Source of the DNA: Caecitellus pseudoparvulus | Taxonomy: Eukaryota; Protista; Bigyra: Bicosoecida | Assembly: GCA_965644315.1 (NCBI GenBank) | Contig: CBFFRQ010000037.1 | Location: 53,649 to 117,648, forward strand | Direction: 5' to 3' | DNA: 64,000 bases | Shown here: piece by piece, positions 21,601-33,400 of the stretch | Layout: each line of letters begins with the position of its first letter | Numbering within the stretch: the first letter of the stretch is position 1 | Notes under the pieces: generated by a model | The model's database searches: none | The model's input: the letters and a program-made list of their open reading frames with translations, nothing else | Told to the model about the DNA's origin: nothing | Program-made: the position numbers and the translations under genes

Positions 21601-21896
21601 CCTCCCCCCCCACCTGCGTCTCCTTCAGCACCTGTGGCGCAGTGCTGGTTACAGCAGAGCAGGCCGGCACGCTGCACGTGTGGGATGTGGAGTCACTGCT
21701 GTCAGCATTCGGCCGGGGCGCACAGGCCGGCACCAGGCACAGCCGTCTCAAGGCCATGGCAGGCGGCAGTGTGGTGTCTGGGGACCCCATAGCCCCCCTG
21801 CACACCTTCCGGTGTGGAGCACCCACACCCCACACGCTGGTGTTCACGCCCCGCAACTTGCTGGTGTGTGGCGGCACAGTGACAACGGGGCAGTGA
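18682..21896 (+). CDS. TAF5: TFIID subunit TAF5 (NTD2 plus WD40); probable first coding exon is the ATG only, intron 18685-18755
   Basis: NTD2-like FLSWVQ...LLEVAFAFYGCLGTDLLKAGRSKAALLFVKRF; LPSIVAYTY motif; WD40 ELLGHVGDVTALAWLPNGMYLVSGGDDGTVRVWD. The start is inferred from ATG|GTTCGT...CACAG|CCAGGG. Confidence 0.8.
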
Positions 21897-21917
21897 GGTT
21901 GGTCCTGACACAGTGCA

Positions 21918-23528
21918 TTAGTCATCTGCACGGCGGATCTGCGGCCGCTTGAAATGCACTGTGAAAATCCACGTCTTCAGCACAGTGTTGTGCACTGGTT
22001 GCCCAGAGAAGTCCCCTGGCACAGCAGGCTCCACCCGGTCCGGGAAGCGGTCCCGCACAATGTCCAAGGCCACGACATACCCGCGCTCTGCCAACACATC
22101 CAGCACCATGTTCACAGCCAGCTTGTGCTCCAGGATGGGCGAGTTGGACCGGATGATGGCGGTGCCTGCCAGGGCCTGCCGCTGCAGGATGTGCACGAAA
22201 TCGTGCCGAATGAGGTCCAGGGCCTGCTGGAACATCTCCGTGTGGTCCGTCGCGTACGCGTTCAGACGCGCCACCATGCGTTGCCGGGCGTGCTTGATGA
22301 TCTCGCGTGCAGGCGGGGCGGCTTGCCGCACCATGTCGAAGCAGTCGTTGTTCAACTCCATGCTGCTCTGGTACTTGAACTCCTCCTGAATGCGCGCCGC
22401 CACCTCCTCGGGCGGCCCGTTGGCGTCGATGAAGTGGAACGAGAACACGTCACGCAGCGTGTTCAGCGCTGCGAAAATCTGTTCCTGGAACACCTCGTAC
22501 CGCCGCCGTGCCAGCGCCACGTCGTGGTCCGTCGCGCGTTTCTCCATGTGCTTCCCGATGCCTGTGCTGGACACACGTTCGTTGTGCTTGGCTAGTTTCT
22601 CCCCACGCGCCAGCTGGCGCTTCACGCTCTCCTCTGCATCCACATACAGCACAGCAATGTGGATGTGCGGACGGGGGAAGGCGTTGGCCAGTGTCGGGTG
22701 GTCTTTGTGCCGGTGGCGGATGTGCTTCATGGAGTCGGCCAAGTTCTTGATCATGGCGGCCTGGGTGGCGGTGCGCGGGAAGCCATCGATGACGACGCCC
22801 TCTGCGTATTTCGGGTCCAGCAGCTCCTCCAGCATGGCCTCAATGACATCCTTATCCCCCACCAGCAGCCCCTTGTCCTTCAACTCCGCGAACCGGGGGG
22901 CCTGCAGCAGAGCCGACACCTCCAGCGGCCCCGCGGCGAAATCGCGCTCCTGCATGATGATGCCACCCATAGTGCCCTTACCAGCCCCAGGAGCACCGCA
23001 GAAAAAGATCATTTCCTTCGGGAACACCATGCCGGCCGGGCCACGCTTGCGTTCCATACGATCCCACACGAGACTGAACAGCACCTGCGGGTCCACACTG
23101 TCGCTCGCAGCCGCCAGATCCTCTGAATCCTCTTTGCTCTGCATGCGTGCAGGCGGGCACTGTGTGGCGCGCGCTGCAGTGAGGCTCGGAGAGACCAAGC
23201 CTTGCCACACACCTCTGACGGCACGTCTGTAACGGCCGGCACAGAGCACATGCCGGCGCCTGCAAAGGGGCAATGCGAGGAAACTATGAAACTCCCCATG
23301 CAAGTACGCCAGCTTGGCGCACTGGCGCCTGGCGCAGCGCAACGCACGGGGTGTTGCCCACAAACTTGGCGTGGTGCTGGGCGTTGCACCTAAGGTCAGA
23401 GGCGGGAAGTGCGCCGACTCCACAACGCTGGAACCTGGGATGGCAGCTGCCGCAGCCGCACCCCGAGCGGCACATGTCCAGGCACTGCGCGCGGCTTGCC
23501 CGCCCAGCAAAGCTGTACGGTGCAGCAT
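21918..23528 (-). CDS. Adenylate kinase-family protein with C-terminal extension, probably mitochondrial; introns 23260-23347, 23139-23212
   Basis: FPKEMIFFCGAPGAGKGT P-loop, GVVIDGFPRT..QA, ESVKRQL. The N-terminus is Arg/Ala-rich and presequence-like (MLHRTALL...PRAGMCS). Confidence 0.85.
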   Translation of the reverse strand: MLHRTALLGGQAARSAWTCAARGAAAAAAIPGSSVVESAHFPPLTLGATPSTTPSLWATPRALRCARRQCAKLAYLHGEFHSFLALPLCRRRHVLCAGRYRRAVRGVWQGLVSPSLTAARATQCPPARMQSKEDSEDLAAASDSVDPQVLFSLVWDRMERKRGPAGMVFPKEMIFFCGAPGAGKGTMGGIIMQERDFAAGPLEVSALLQAPRFAELKDKGLLVGDKDVIEAMLEELLDPKYAEGVVIDGFPRTATQAAMIKNLADSMKHIRHRHKDHPTLANAFPRPHIHIAVLYVDAEESVKRQLARGEKLAKHNERVSSTGIGKHMEKRATDHDVALARRRYEVFQEQIFAALNTLRDVFSFHFIDANGPPEEVAARIQEEFKYQSSMELNNDCFDMVRQAAPPAREIIKHARQRMVARLNAYATDHTEMFQQALDLIRHDFVHILQRQALAGTAIIRSNSPILEHKLAVNMVLDVLAERGYVVALDIVRDRFPDRVEPAVPGDFSGQPVHNTVLKTWIFTVHFKRPQIRRADD

Positions 23529-23559
23529 GGGTGAACAGTGCTTCGCGGGCAAGACGCTT

Positions 23560-23570
23560 CAATTTCCGCA
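23560..23570. promoter_or_regulatory. CAATTTCCGCA motif in the divergent promoter between the adenylate kinase and the microprotein (representative copy)
   Basis: The same 10-11-mer recurs about 13 times in the window, mostly near gene 5' ends. Confidence 0.45.
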
Positions 23571-23861
23571 CCTCGCAACCAGGTGGGGTGCGCTCAGCGC
23601 GGTGCTGAACAGGCCACAGCACATGCGCAGGGCTGAAGACGAGAACTAAGGACTGTTGGCTTGGGTTTTTGTCCCAAGGTGACGGTGTCACGCGCACTGG
23701 GCCGCAGAGGCGCAGCCCAACGAGCAGTCCCACACGCTCACTTCCAGCTCAGCGCGCAGCTCTGCATTCCTACCCCTGTAAACTCAATCCAAACTCTGTA
23801 CATTCACTGCGTTCGCGACCTGTTCTTCCTGTTGTCAGCCGCTCGCCACACTCCAGCCACG

Positions 23862-24197
23862 ATGTCTGCTGCCGCTGCCCGCCAGACCCTGCGGAACTTT
23901 GCCGCGTGGGCCAACAAGATCGACGCCAACAAGGCCGCGCACACCCCCATCGTCATCGGCGCCGTGGGTGTGTCCTGCATTGGCTCCTACGCCATCCAGG
24001 CTGCCGTCAGCAAGGACAGTGCGTGAGCCGCGTGACGTGCTGTGCCCCGGCTGGTGGAGCGCGTTTCCGACCCCTCTCTCCGCACACCTTGCCACGCACC
24101 CACACCCATGACGCCCCCGCCACGCGCCGCAGACAGCAGCAAGTTCGCTGTGAAGCAGGAGCTGGCCGCATATGGCGTGGGCACCCTGGAGGGCTGA
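23862..24197 (+). CDS. 73-aa single-TM microprotein; exons 23862-24018, 24133-24197
   Basis: MSAAAARQTLRNFAAWANKIDANKAAHTPIVIGAVGVSCIGSYAIQAAVSKDNSSKFAVKQELAAYGVGTLEG*. The GTGCGT...CGCAG intron keeps the frame, and codons are strongly C/G-ending. Confidence 0.72.
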
Positions 24198-24465
24198 GCG
24201 TGCAGGCTTGCGCGTGCAGATGTGCGGGTGATGACGCTGGTTCGGGGCGGCAGCAGCTGGCAATGCATGTGCAGGCACAGTCACACAGCAGTGGTACACA
24301 CCGCCCTCTTCTTCCACTCGCAACGCGCATTCACATCGGATGCTTTTGCGTGGTCGCGCTGTCGCAGCCTTGGCGACCTTCGCTCAGCTGCGCTGTGAGA
24401 TAAGATGTATTACGGTGTTGGGTGCCACACCCCCTCCACACACACACATTGGAGGGGGGTGTGAC

Positions 24466-27400
24466 TCACGAGTCAGCCTTGCCACCTGCTCGCCCCGCAC
24501 TTGGCGTGCCCTCTGACGCCGGCCGCCCCCCTGGCTGCGTCTTGGGTGCTGGGGCTGTGGCCGACAGCGACGCTGCTCGAAGGGGGTTGGCAGACGTGTC
24601 ACCGCCTTCCAACTGCTCGGAAATGCCGCGAAGGGATGAGCCTCGACCAGAAGAGGAGGTGGTGGAAGCGCCTGTCTTGAGGGAGCTGTAGCTGGACAGC
24701 CGCGTGATGCGTTCCACGGAGCTGGCGCGTTTGCGGAAACGCTGCCCGCGCGGCTGGCCCTTGGACGGTCCGAACTCTATGCGGTGATCAGGAGCTGCCA
24801 TGCCACTGGCCATGGCGAGGGGGTTGCCCACTCCGGGGAAGTCTCGCACGCCCTGCTTGCTGTCTGCCTCGGCAGGCAGCCCCCCCGCTGCGGCAACTTG
24901 AAGTGACATGGGGCGACCAGCACTATCGGCGGCTCCGCCCTTGCCGCCGGATCGGTGGCGTCGCAAGGGCGCCTCTGTCGTCACAGCCCGGATAGAGTGC
25001 ACCGACGCACGACCAGGTCGCACCCGCCGAGCCGTCGCATCTGGCGACCCGCCCTCGTCCAGCGTGGCTTCGTCGCATTCGCGCAGTGGCACTGTGATGG
25101 AGCCACCTGCCGCCATGGGCACCACCTTCAGCTGCAGGTCGCCAGAGTCGACGGTGTCAGGTTTGTGGGGCGTCGTCAGGGTGGCCTTGCGGTTGGGACC
25201 CGTGTTGGTCCAAGTCACAGAGGCAATGCCGCCTCTTGCCGCGTCAGCCTCAGTCAGCGGGTTGCTGCTGACGAAACGCACGTCAGCGGAAGAAAAATCC
25301 CCCGTGCCTGCAACGGCGATGCCACTGCGCCCCTCTGCGATGCCTTTGATGTCCTGCAGGTCCACAGCACCTGCGCTGACGATGGTGCGGGGGGCTGGCT
25401 TGGCGGGGCCCGACAGCACAGGCCGCTGCATGGTGCGTGCGAGCTGGGCGAAGTCACGCGCTCCCAGCCCCAAGTCTGTCCAGTCATCCACCGCCGTGCC
25501 GCGGTGCTGCAGGCGGCACAGCAGGGAAATGGAGCCGTGCTGGGCGCCTTCAAAGTCCGTCAGGGTGAAGGTGCGTGCGTGGCGTGGTGCGTCTGATTCC
25601 GCACCATCCGCCAGGGCGGTGTTGTCCAGCGGAAACTCAGAGGGTTTGAAGCTGAACACGCCGATGATGTGTTCCTGCTGCAGCAGCTGCAGCCCCTTGC
25701 GACCTCGTGTGTCCAGGGCCAGCGTGCCGTGCACTGCATCCCGCGCAGGGTCCACCAGGAGCAGGCGCATCTCCCGAACACGCACCTGGTGTCCGGGCCG
25801 GTATGGGAACACGACCCGCTGCTTGTGCTGGTCCTTGCGCAGGGTGAGGGTGAGGTGGGTGCCGCTCTCCACGTCAGCGTGGTCGATGCCCTGCACTGAT
25901 GCTACGTACATGCTCATGACGTAGCGAGCCTGGCGTTTCGTGAGGTCTTTGTGCACGTCGCCAGCGACCGCCGCGACGTCCTTTGGCAGGCGCATGGGCT
26001 TGCCCTTCTTGGACTTGGGGTCCACTGGCACCTCGCTGCGACCTCCCAACTCTGCGATGCGGTGGTCGCCCAGCTCCCCCAGCGCTGCCAGGGGTGACGT
26101 CACACTCACCGTCGCCCCCTCCCGTTTCGTGCCGGGTGCCTGCTTTGCCGGCTTGCCGCCGCGGAACAGAGGCCCCACGACAGGCTTGGACGCCCAGCGG
26201 GACCGCTGTTCCTCCGCCTCAATGGCAGTGTACGCCTTGCCCTTGGCCAGTGTGCCCAGTGTGGACAGGGACTCCGCGGGCAGGGCAGAGCGCTTCAGCA
26301 GCCCGTAGTGCGCAGCTGCAAGGGCCACATGCTGCACACCAGAGGGGCCGACGGGGGCACGTCCCACTGCCTGCACAGCCTCTGGGGGCGCGGGTTGAGA
26401 GGCTCGGCGACCAGTGGAGCGGGTACGGGGTCGCGGGTGGTCGCTGGGCAGTTCCGTGCCTGGCACGACGATGGAGTCACGGAAACGCCCAGTCGGGCTG
26501 CGTGGCGCATCTCGAACAGGCGCCTCGTGCCGCCCCACCACCGTTGCTGCTGCCTGTTCCGCCGTGTGCACTTGTTCCGCCTTCTTTCGCAGGGCAGCCA
26601 GGCGCTGCATGATGGCGACGCGCCGCACGGCAGCTTCGTGCACAGACACCGACGACGCGTGCTTCTGGGCCTCGAAACGAGCCGGCGTCGCAGGCATGAG
26701 GTGTCGGCGGGAGGGTGCCTGAGGCGCATTCACCCCCGCGACCCATGTGGACGCCTTGCGGGGGGGGGCGGAGGGGGGTGCCGACTTCAGCCCCGACAGA
26801 CTCTGCAGCCGCCGCCGCATCCCATCCTCACTCCACGACCGGCGGCCGAACTCGTCGTCGCCCCACTCCTCCTCCGCGAAGCTGTCACCGCCGCCTTCCC
26901 ACGCCATGCTACGGCGGGCGGTGCGCAGAGCCGCTCGACTCTCGGCGCGTTCCCGAGCCGTTTGCACAGAGCTCTGCACGCCAGGCAACTCCACACCGTC
27001 CTCCTCCTCGTCACTGCCTCCGCCATCTTGCGGCGCAGTGTACCCAGGGCACTTGCGCAGGCAGACACAGGCACAGTGGCAGGGCCGTCCTGTGCGCTGC
27101 AGGCACCGCACACAACCACTGACACCTCGGCGGATGCAGGCCGCAATTTCCGCAGTCACGCTGGTGGACTCGGGGTCCTCGGCTGTGAGACGCACGCTGG
27201 CGGTGCTGACAGGGCGGCCCTTGCTGGGGCTGTTCGACTTTGCGACCGCCTTGCGACGTGCTTCCCGCTCCGCGCGACGGCGGGCTCGGGAAGCTGCCAG
27301 GTAGTACTTGCACCCCAGCCACAGCTCTGCAGCCACCGTGGCGATGCAGATGACGGTGGACACTGCGATGATGGCGAGGACGACGGCCTCCAGCGTGCGC

Positions 27401-30400
27401 CGCTCGATGTCGGCGTCTTGTTGCGAGCTGCCCCCCCCCGCGTCGCCGATGGCGGCGTCCCCCGCCACGCCCACAGCGGCATCGGACTGGATGTCGCAGT
27501 CCACGCTCTTGAACATGATGCCGGCAAGCAGCACGAAGATGGCGCAAACGAGGAAGGTGGACTCCAGCATGTTGTAGTTGAAGAAGTACTTCAACTTGAT
27601 CTTCAACTTGCCCCCCGTCCGCGCCTCAGAGCGCAGCTGCAGCTCCTTCAACTTGTTGCTCTGGCAGCACGGCATGACCCGAGCACAGCACATGCGCGTG
27701 CGCTGCCAAGCCGACAAACTCGGCACACTGTCGCCCTTGCCACCCTGCGCGCCACTGGGCCCCAGTGCCGCAGCCAGGGAGTACCGTCGTTGGATGAAGC
27801 GCCGCTTCGGGTCGCCACTGGCGCCAGCACTGCTGCCAGCACTGGTTGTGGGCGCCGACAGCGCAGCTGCCGCGGCACGCTGTCGCAGGGCTTGGCTGGA
27901 CGGCAGACGCAGTGGTGTGGGCGCGTGCACACCCTGGCACGCCGTGCAGCCGCAGCGGCGGCCGATGGAGGCGCAGCAGCGCCCGGCACACAGCGTGCGG
28001 TGCACCGGGTCGCACAGCTGCTCGCAGCAGCCGAGGGGGCACCACGCACAGGCCCCCGACGTGCCAGCTGCGTCGTCCACCTCGGCACGGGGCTGCGGCG
28101 GCGGCAGCAGGCCCCGAGTGCGCGATTTCAAGCCGGTCCACACACCGCCCTTCCCCGCCGGCGTGCGCTGGGTGGGCGAACCGCTCTGTGCCCCTGCGCG
28201 AGCAGCTGAGCGGGGAAGGGGCGTGTGGGCAGTGGTCGCAGAGGGTGTGCGGGCGCCCCGCCCCAAGCCCCCTGCGCCAGCGATGCGCGCAAAGAGCGAG
28301 TCGCCCCGCGACCTGCCGCCACCCTGGCCGACGCCCCCCGTCGCAGCCTTGCGTTGGGCAGCGATGGCAGCTGCCATCACAGACGGGTCATTGGCCAGCA
28401 TCAAGTGCTCATCATCCGCCAGATCTTCCAACCGCACGCCTCGGCCACGCATGAAGCGCTGGATGCCTTTGGTTGCCTCTTGGGCTCGCTGGGTGTCACG
28501 CGAGGGGTCCCCGTCTGAAGGCGGCACGACGCCCAGCGGGGATGTCACAATGAGTGTCTTGCCGTCGCCGGCAGGACCCAGCTTCAGCGCACCAGTGGAG
28601 GGGGTTGGGGCTGTGGGCTTGCCAGGGGTGTCGTCCTTTGCGGCCGCCTTGGTGTTGTGGCTGCGGTAGGGACTGTACAGCATCTGCAACATGGCAGCGC
28701 CGAACAGCACCATGGTAATGACGGTGGCAGCCATTACCGGTCGGCGCTGCAGGACAAAGGTGAAGGCGACGATGAGGAACTTGCGCCCCAGCACGACCAA
28801 GATCCAGTAGTGGTACTCGGGTTTGAACTTGAAGTACAGGCGCTTGTAGCGTTTTTGCATGTCGTAGTACGGATTCGTGTCGCGGCTGCCTGACAGGTTG
28901 CGGATGCGCAGGGCTTGGTCCAGCTGCATGCGCGCACCGTACATGTAAATGATGGTGGCGAAGAGGGCGGGGATGCCCAGTCCGTACGCGACCAGCCCCA
29001 CCAGAGCCCAGCTGCGCATCTGCAGGTACTCAGGGCTCTCACAGGAGACGGCAGGGTCCACTGTGAGCACGGGGCGGGAGGCCACCTGCTTGCAGGCAAG
29101 TGCTTCAAAGGCCTTGCCGGTGAGGGTGATGTACAGGAACGAGCAGAGGAGGAACCAGGAGCCCACCATCTTGTTGGCGTGTTTGTGCAGGCCCCGCATG
29201 TCCGTGTGGCGACGGCGCACTGCTTTGACGGCGACGACGAAGATGTGGAAGAGGAAGTACACGCTGCCCACCGTCATGGGCACCAGCATGATGAAGTACC
29301 ACTTGGCAATGTACCCGATGGACACGGCACACTCGGGGGAGGCGGTGTCCACGGAGGCGGCAGAGGCGGCTGCCACGCGGAACAGCTGCAGCACTGCCGG
29401 AGGCCACTGCAAGTTCAGCGTGCCGAACACGGAGATGATCTGCAAATAGTCCACTGCAATGCCGAGGGCTGCGACGGAAGGCCCCTTCTGGTACAATTTG
29501 TACAGCAGCAGGCCCGCGAAGACGGCGACGACGATGATGAGGACGAAGTTCAGGATGGGCTGCGGCGGGCATGCGCGGCATTCGTTCGTGAGGAAGTCGC
29601 GCTGAAACTTCCCCGCCACACACAGCGCGCAGGCGTCGGATTCATACCCCACCGCACACGTGTTGTCCCCGATGCAGGCGGTGGGTGGCTCACACCGCGT
29701 GAACTCGTACCGTGCGCCTGAACCAAAGCGCGCCGCGACGGCGTCTGCGACCCGCTGTGCCATGGTCGCATTGGCGTTTGGTGGCACGTGGATCAGCTGC
29801 GTCGGGGGCACCGCTGCGCCCCCCGTGAAGTCTGCGTTCTGCAGGAGCTTGGGCGGAATGGTGATGCTGGCGTCCACTGCTCCCCGCACATCTGCCCCTG
29901 CAGGCAGGGAGAACGCCACGTCAGTGTAGCTGTCATGGCGCCAGAAGCCTGGCGCTGCGACGGGCTCCTCGCCCCGCCCACTGCACAGCGCCGCCACCAC
30001 CGCCTCGTTCAGGCTGCGGCAGTCACTTGTATCGCACTGTGGGCAGGGGCGGCAGGTGTCTACGTCGGGCACGACGCCATAGAACCCTGCCCGGCACTCA
30101 GCCACGAGGCGGGACCGGTTCGCAGGCACGAACGTGGACTGCCCCGCGACGGTGAGGGTGAGGTTCTTGGGCCCCACTGTGAGCCCTGTCACCTCACACT
30201 CCAGGCGCGTGTCCGACACGAGGACGGAGGTGGCGCCAGTGGGCGGCAGGCAAGGCACGCCCCCCACACTGACGGCATCGCTGCCCTGCTGCACGGAGCC
30301 GAAGTTCCGCCCCGTCACACGCAGCCCCGAGTTGGCGGCGTTGATGAGGGCGAGGGAGCCGTTCACGCTGGAGGTGGGCCTGAGCTCCACCTCCTCCCCA

Positions 30401-33400
30401 TCTGGACGACCAGCCGATGCGCCGCCTGATTCCGTCGTGATGATTTCAGTCAAGTGGCCCAGAGCGGGGGGGTCGTACGCGAATGGCACCTCCACTGCGG
30501 AGGCCTGCCCGGCCACAGTCAGGCGCAGCCTGGCCGACGCGCCAATGCCCAGGGGCGTCCGGAACAGGATGGACGTGTGCGTCCACTCCACGATGTGGGA
30601 GCCTCCCACCAGCTCCAAGGCGGGCAGGCTGGCAGTGCGGAAATCCATGACCAGGGTGCTGTCACCGTGCGTCGCCCCGAAGGAAGACCCTCGCAACTGC
30701 ACCACGGCGCCGCCCACAGTGGGCCCATACGTAGGGCTTTCTGGGGCCACCACGAGGCTTGCCCTGGTCACGACAGGCAGGGTGTAGGTGTACTCGGGAG
30801 CGAACGCATTGACGCCTGCCGATGCAACGGTCGGCACTAGCGTCTGCCACTGTGCTGTCTCACCCACCCCGGCGGCGCCGTTCCAAGCCTCCACCCGAAT
30901 GGCGTCTGAAGTCGGCAGGCCCTCTGGAGCACGGCACGTGATGCTTGTGTCGCTCCAGTCCACGATTGGACACTGTCGCGGGCCCACCAGGACACGCAGG
31001 GGTGCACGCCGGGCGGGGTCCACACGGGACCAGGAGGGCTGCCCGGCCACGAAGGCACTGCCTTCGGCCAACAGCCCCGCGTCAGAGCAGTTGCCGCTAA
31101 TGGGGAACACCTGGCGCACGCCCAGGTTCAACCCTGTCAGCCGCAGTAGCGGCGCGTCCACTGGCTCGCCTGCGCCATTCTGGGCCAGGTTGCCCGGCTC
31201 ACGCGCGAACTGGAAGCCCTGCGTGGGGCCCGAACCAGCCGCCAAGGCCAAGTTGCTGGGGTCGGCGTACACCAGACTGCGCGGCTCGCTGACTGCGGAT
31301 ACGTTGCCCCCAGTGCCCCCTGCACTGGAGAGCAGGAGCTGCCGCCTGCCGCCTGGCACTCCAGGCGGCACTTGCACCCGCACCAGGAAGGGCTCCGTGC
31401 CACTGACGTTGGAGGCAGCCCATGACAGCACCACCAACGGCTGTTCTGTGACGGTGCCGGAACACACCCCCCGCTCCCGCAGCCACACACGCCCTTGCAC
31501 GTTGCCGAAATTCCGCCCAGCAATGCTCAGCGTGCCGCCCCCCGCGGGAATGGTGGCAGGCGTAATGGTCGTGATGGAAGGCGCCCCAGTGACCTTGAAG
31601 TAGTCGAACACTTCAGCGCCCAGTGACCGGGTGCGGTTGGCAGCTGACAGCGCGAGAGTGCCACGGACGCCACACATGCGCACGAGCACAGAAGTGGACG
31701 GCCTGTCCCACACTGCCACGATCTCAGCAGCGTCTTGTACACCCCCGTCACTCAGGGACACTTGCAAATATGCAGGGTCGGCGGCCTCACAGTGGCAGGC
31801 ATGTCCATGGGTCGCCAAGTACTGCTGGGCGTTCACGAGGGGGTCGGTGGACAGGGTCGCGGCGACCGACCCATCCCCTGCCAGCACGGGGAAGGTTCGG
31901 TACGACCCCGCCGTCGAGTCGCCCGTGTAGCAGGGGGTGAAGGCTGACTGACCCGGAGACCGCCCAGCGGCCAGTGTGCGCAGAGCCCAGCAGCAGGGCG
32001 ACACGACACTGCTCTCGAGGCGAGCGTACACAGGTCCGTCTTGGGAATTCTCATCAGGCACGGTTTGGGACTGGATGGTGAAGGCGGTGGCCGCGCCGCC
32101 TGCCGCGCCGTAGTCTGCGGCGATGATGGTGTTGGACGCTTGGCCACCCACGACCACTTGCAAGGGCACTGCAGCCCCCTCGCCCGGCGGCAGGCTCAGC
32201 TTCACTTGCGACGGGGAGACATCTGTGACGTCTGTCGCACCCAGCACGCGCGGCAGGGGAGACGGCAGCGCCTGCACCACAAACTGCGCGCCAGCTTGGG
32301 TCACGTTGAACAGCTGGGAGCCGAACACGGACACCGTGCGCCCAGACGCACCGGCAAAGTTGGAGCCGAATGCGTCCACCCGACCGCCAGACACGGTGCT
32401 GAGCACTGGGCGTGCAGCGGGGGGGAGCAGGGCCGGCGGCGCATACGATACGCGCACAGCACTGGACGTCCCGACGCCAGACTGCCCTGCGACGCTGACT
32501 TGCACCGCCAAGCCCACTCCGATGCCTGCTGGGGCGGCACACTCGATTGCGGAGTGTGGGACCACCACAGCACAGTCCGACGCCGGAAAAGCCTGCAGCA
32601 AGGCGGCCGAGCCGTCCAGCGGCCCGACTTGCACTGCGATGTCCACCGAGGCATTGGCAGAGGCGAGGAGACGGGGTGCGGTGCCCAGACTGTCCAGCAA
32701 CGCGCGGCGCGAGTTGGGGGAAGAAAGCGGCCCGAAGTTGCTGCCCTCGATGCGCAGGGTGAAGCCGCCGCCACCACCTGTGGACAGATTCACTGGCGGC
32801 CCGCCAGGCCCCCCTCCGCTGCCGATGAGCAACGTGCGCGTGACATTTGGTGGCGCGTAGTCGGTGATGGGCACTGCACTGGACAGGTCAGCGATGGACA
32901 CTTGCCACTGCAGTCGGTTTCCCACCCCAACACCTGTGATGCAGGAGATCTCAGCATGGCTGCGCGTGACGGAACACGCCAGCGCTGAGAACTCCGTGCC
33001 TTGGGGGCCGTACGACACGGCTGACACCGCGTTGTGGCGCTGCAGACCAAAGTTCGTGCCGGTCAGGCGCACCATCTCGCCGCCCTGCGTCACGGCGTCC
33101 GAGGCGCCTGGACCTTGCACAGTCAATACAGACGGGCTGCCGTATCCCGTCACATCAGCGGACCAGCCAGATGTCTGCGCAATGCGGGGGCAAGGCAGCA
33201 CGGCCGACGACACCCCAACACAGGTGGAGGGCGTGCCTTCTGCGGTCGGCTGCGGCAGGGTTGGGCAGGCTCTGTGGCCTGCCCCACCTGCGCACATCTC
33301 GGGCACACTGGCGTTGACGACGCCGCTGCAGCCGAGGAAAGCATCCCGTGTCTGTGGCCACCGACTCTGGGCACGCAGCGCCGGCACTCGCGCACTGTCG

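Noticed and set aside
26308-28209. Long antisense or alternate-frame ORFs (633 aa here; also 5474-6568, 35683-37107, 49962-51341)
   Set aside because: These are shadow ORFs expected in high-GC coding DNA. They have no recognisable motifs and lie opposite well-supported genes.
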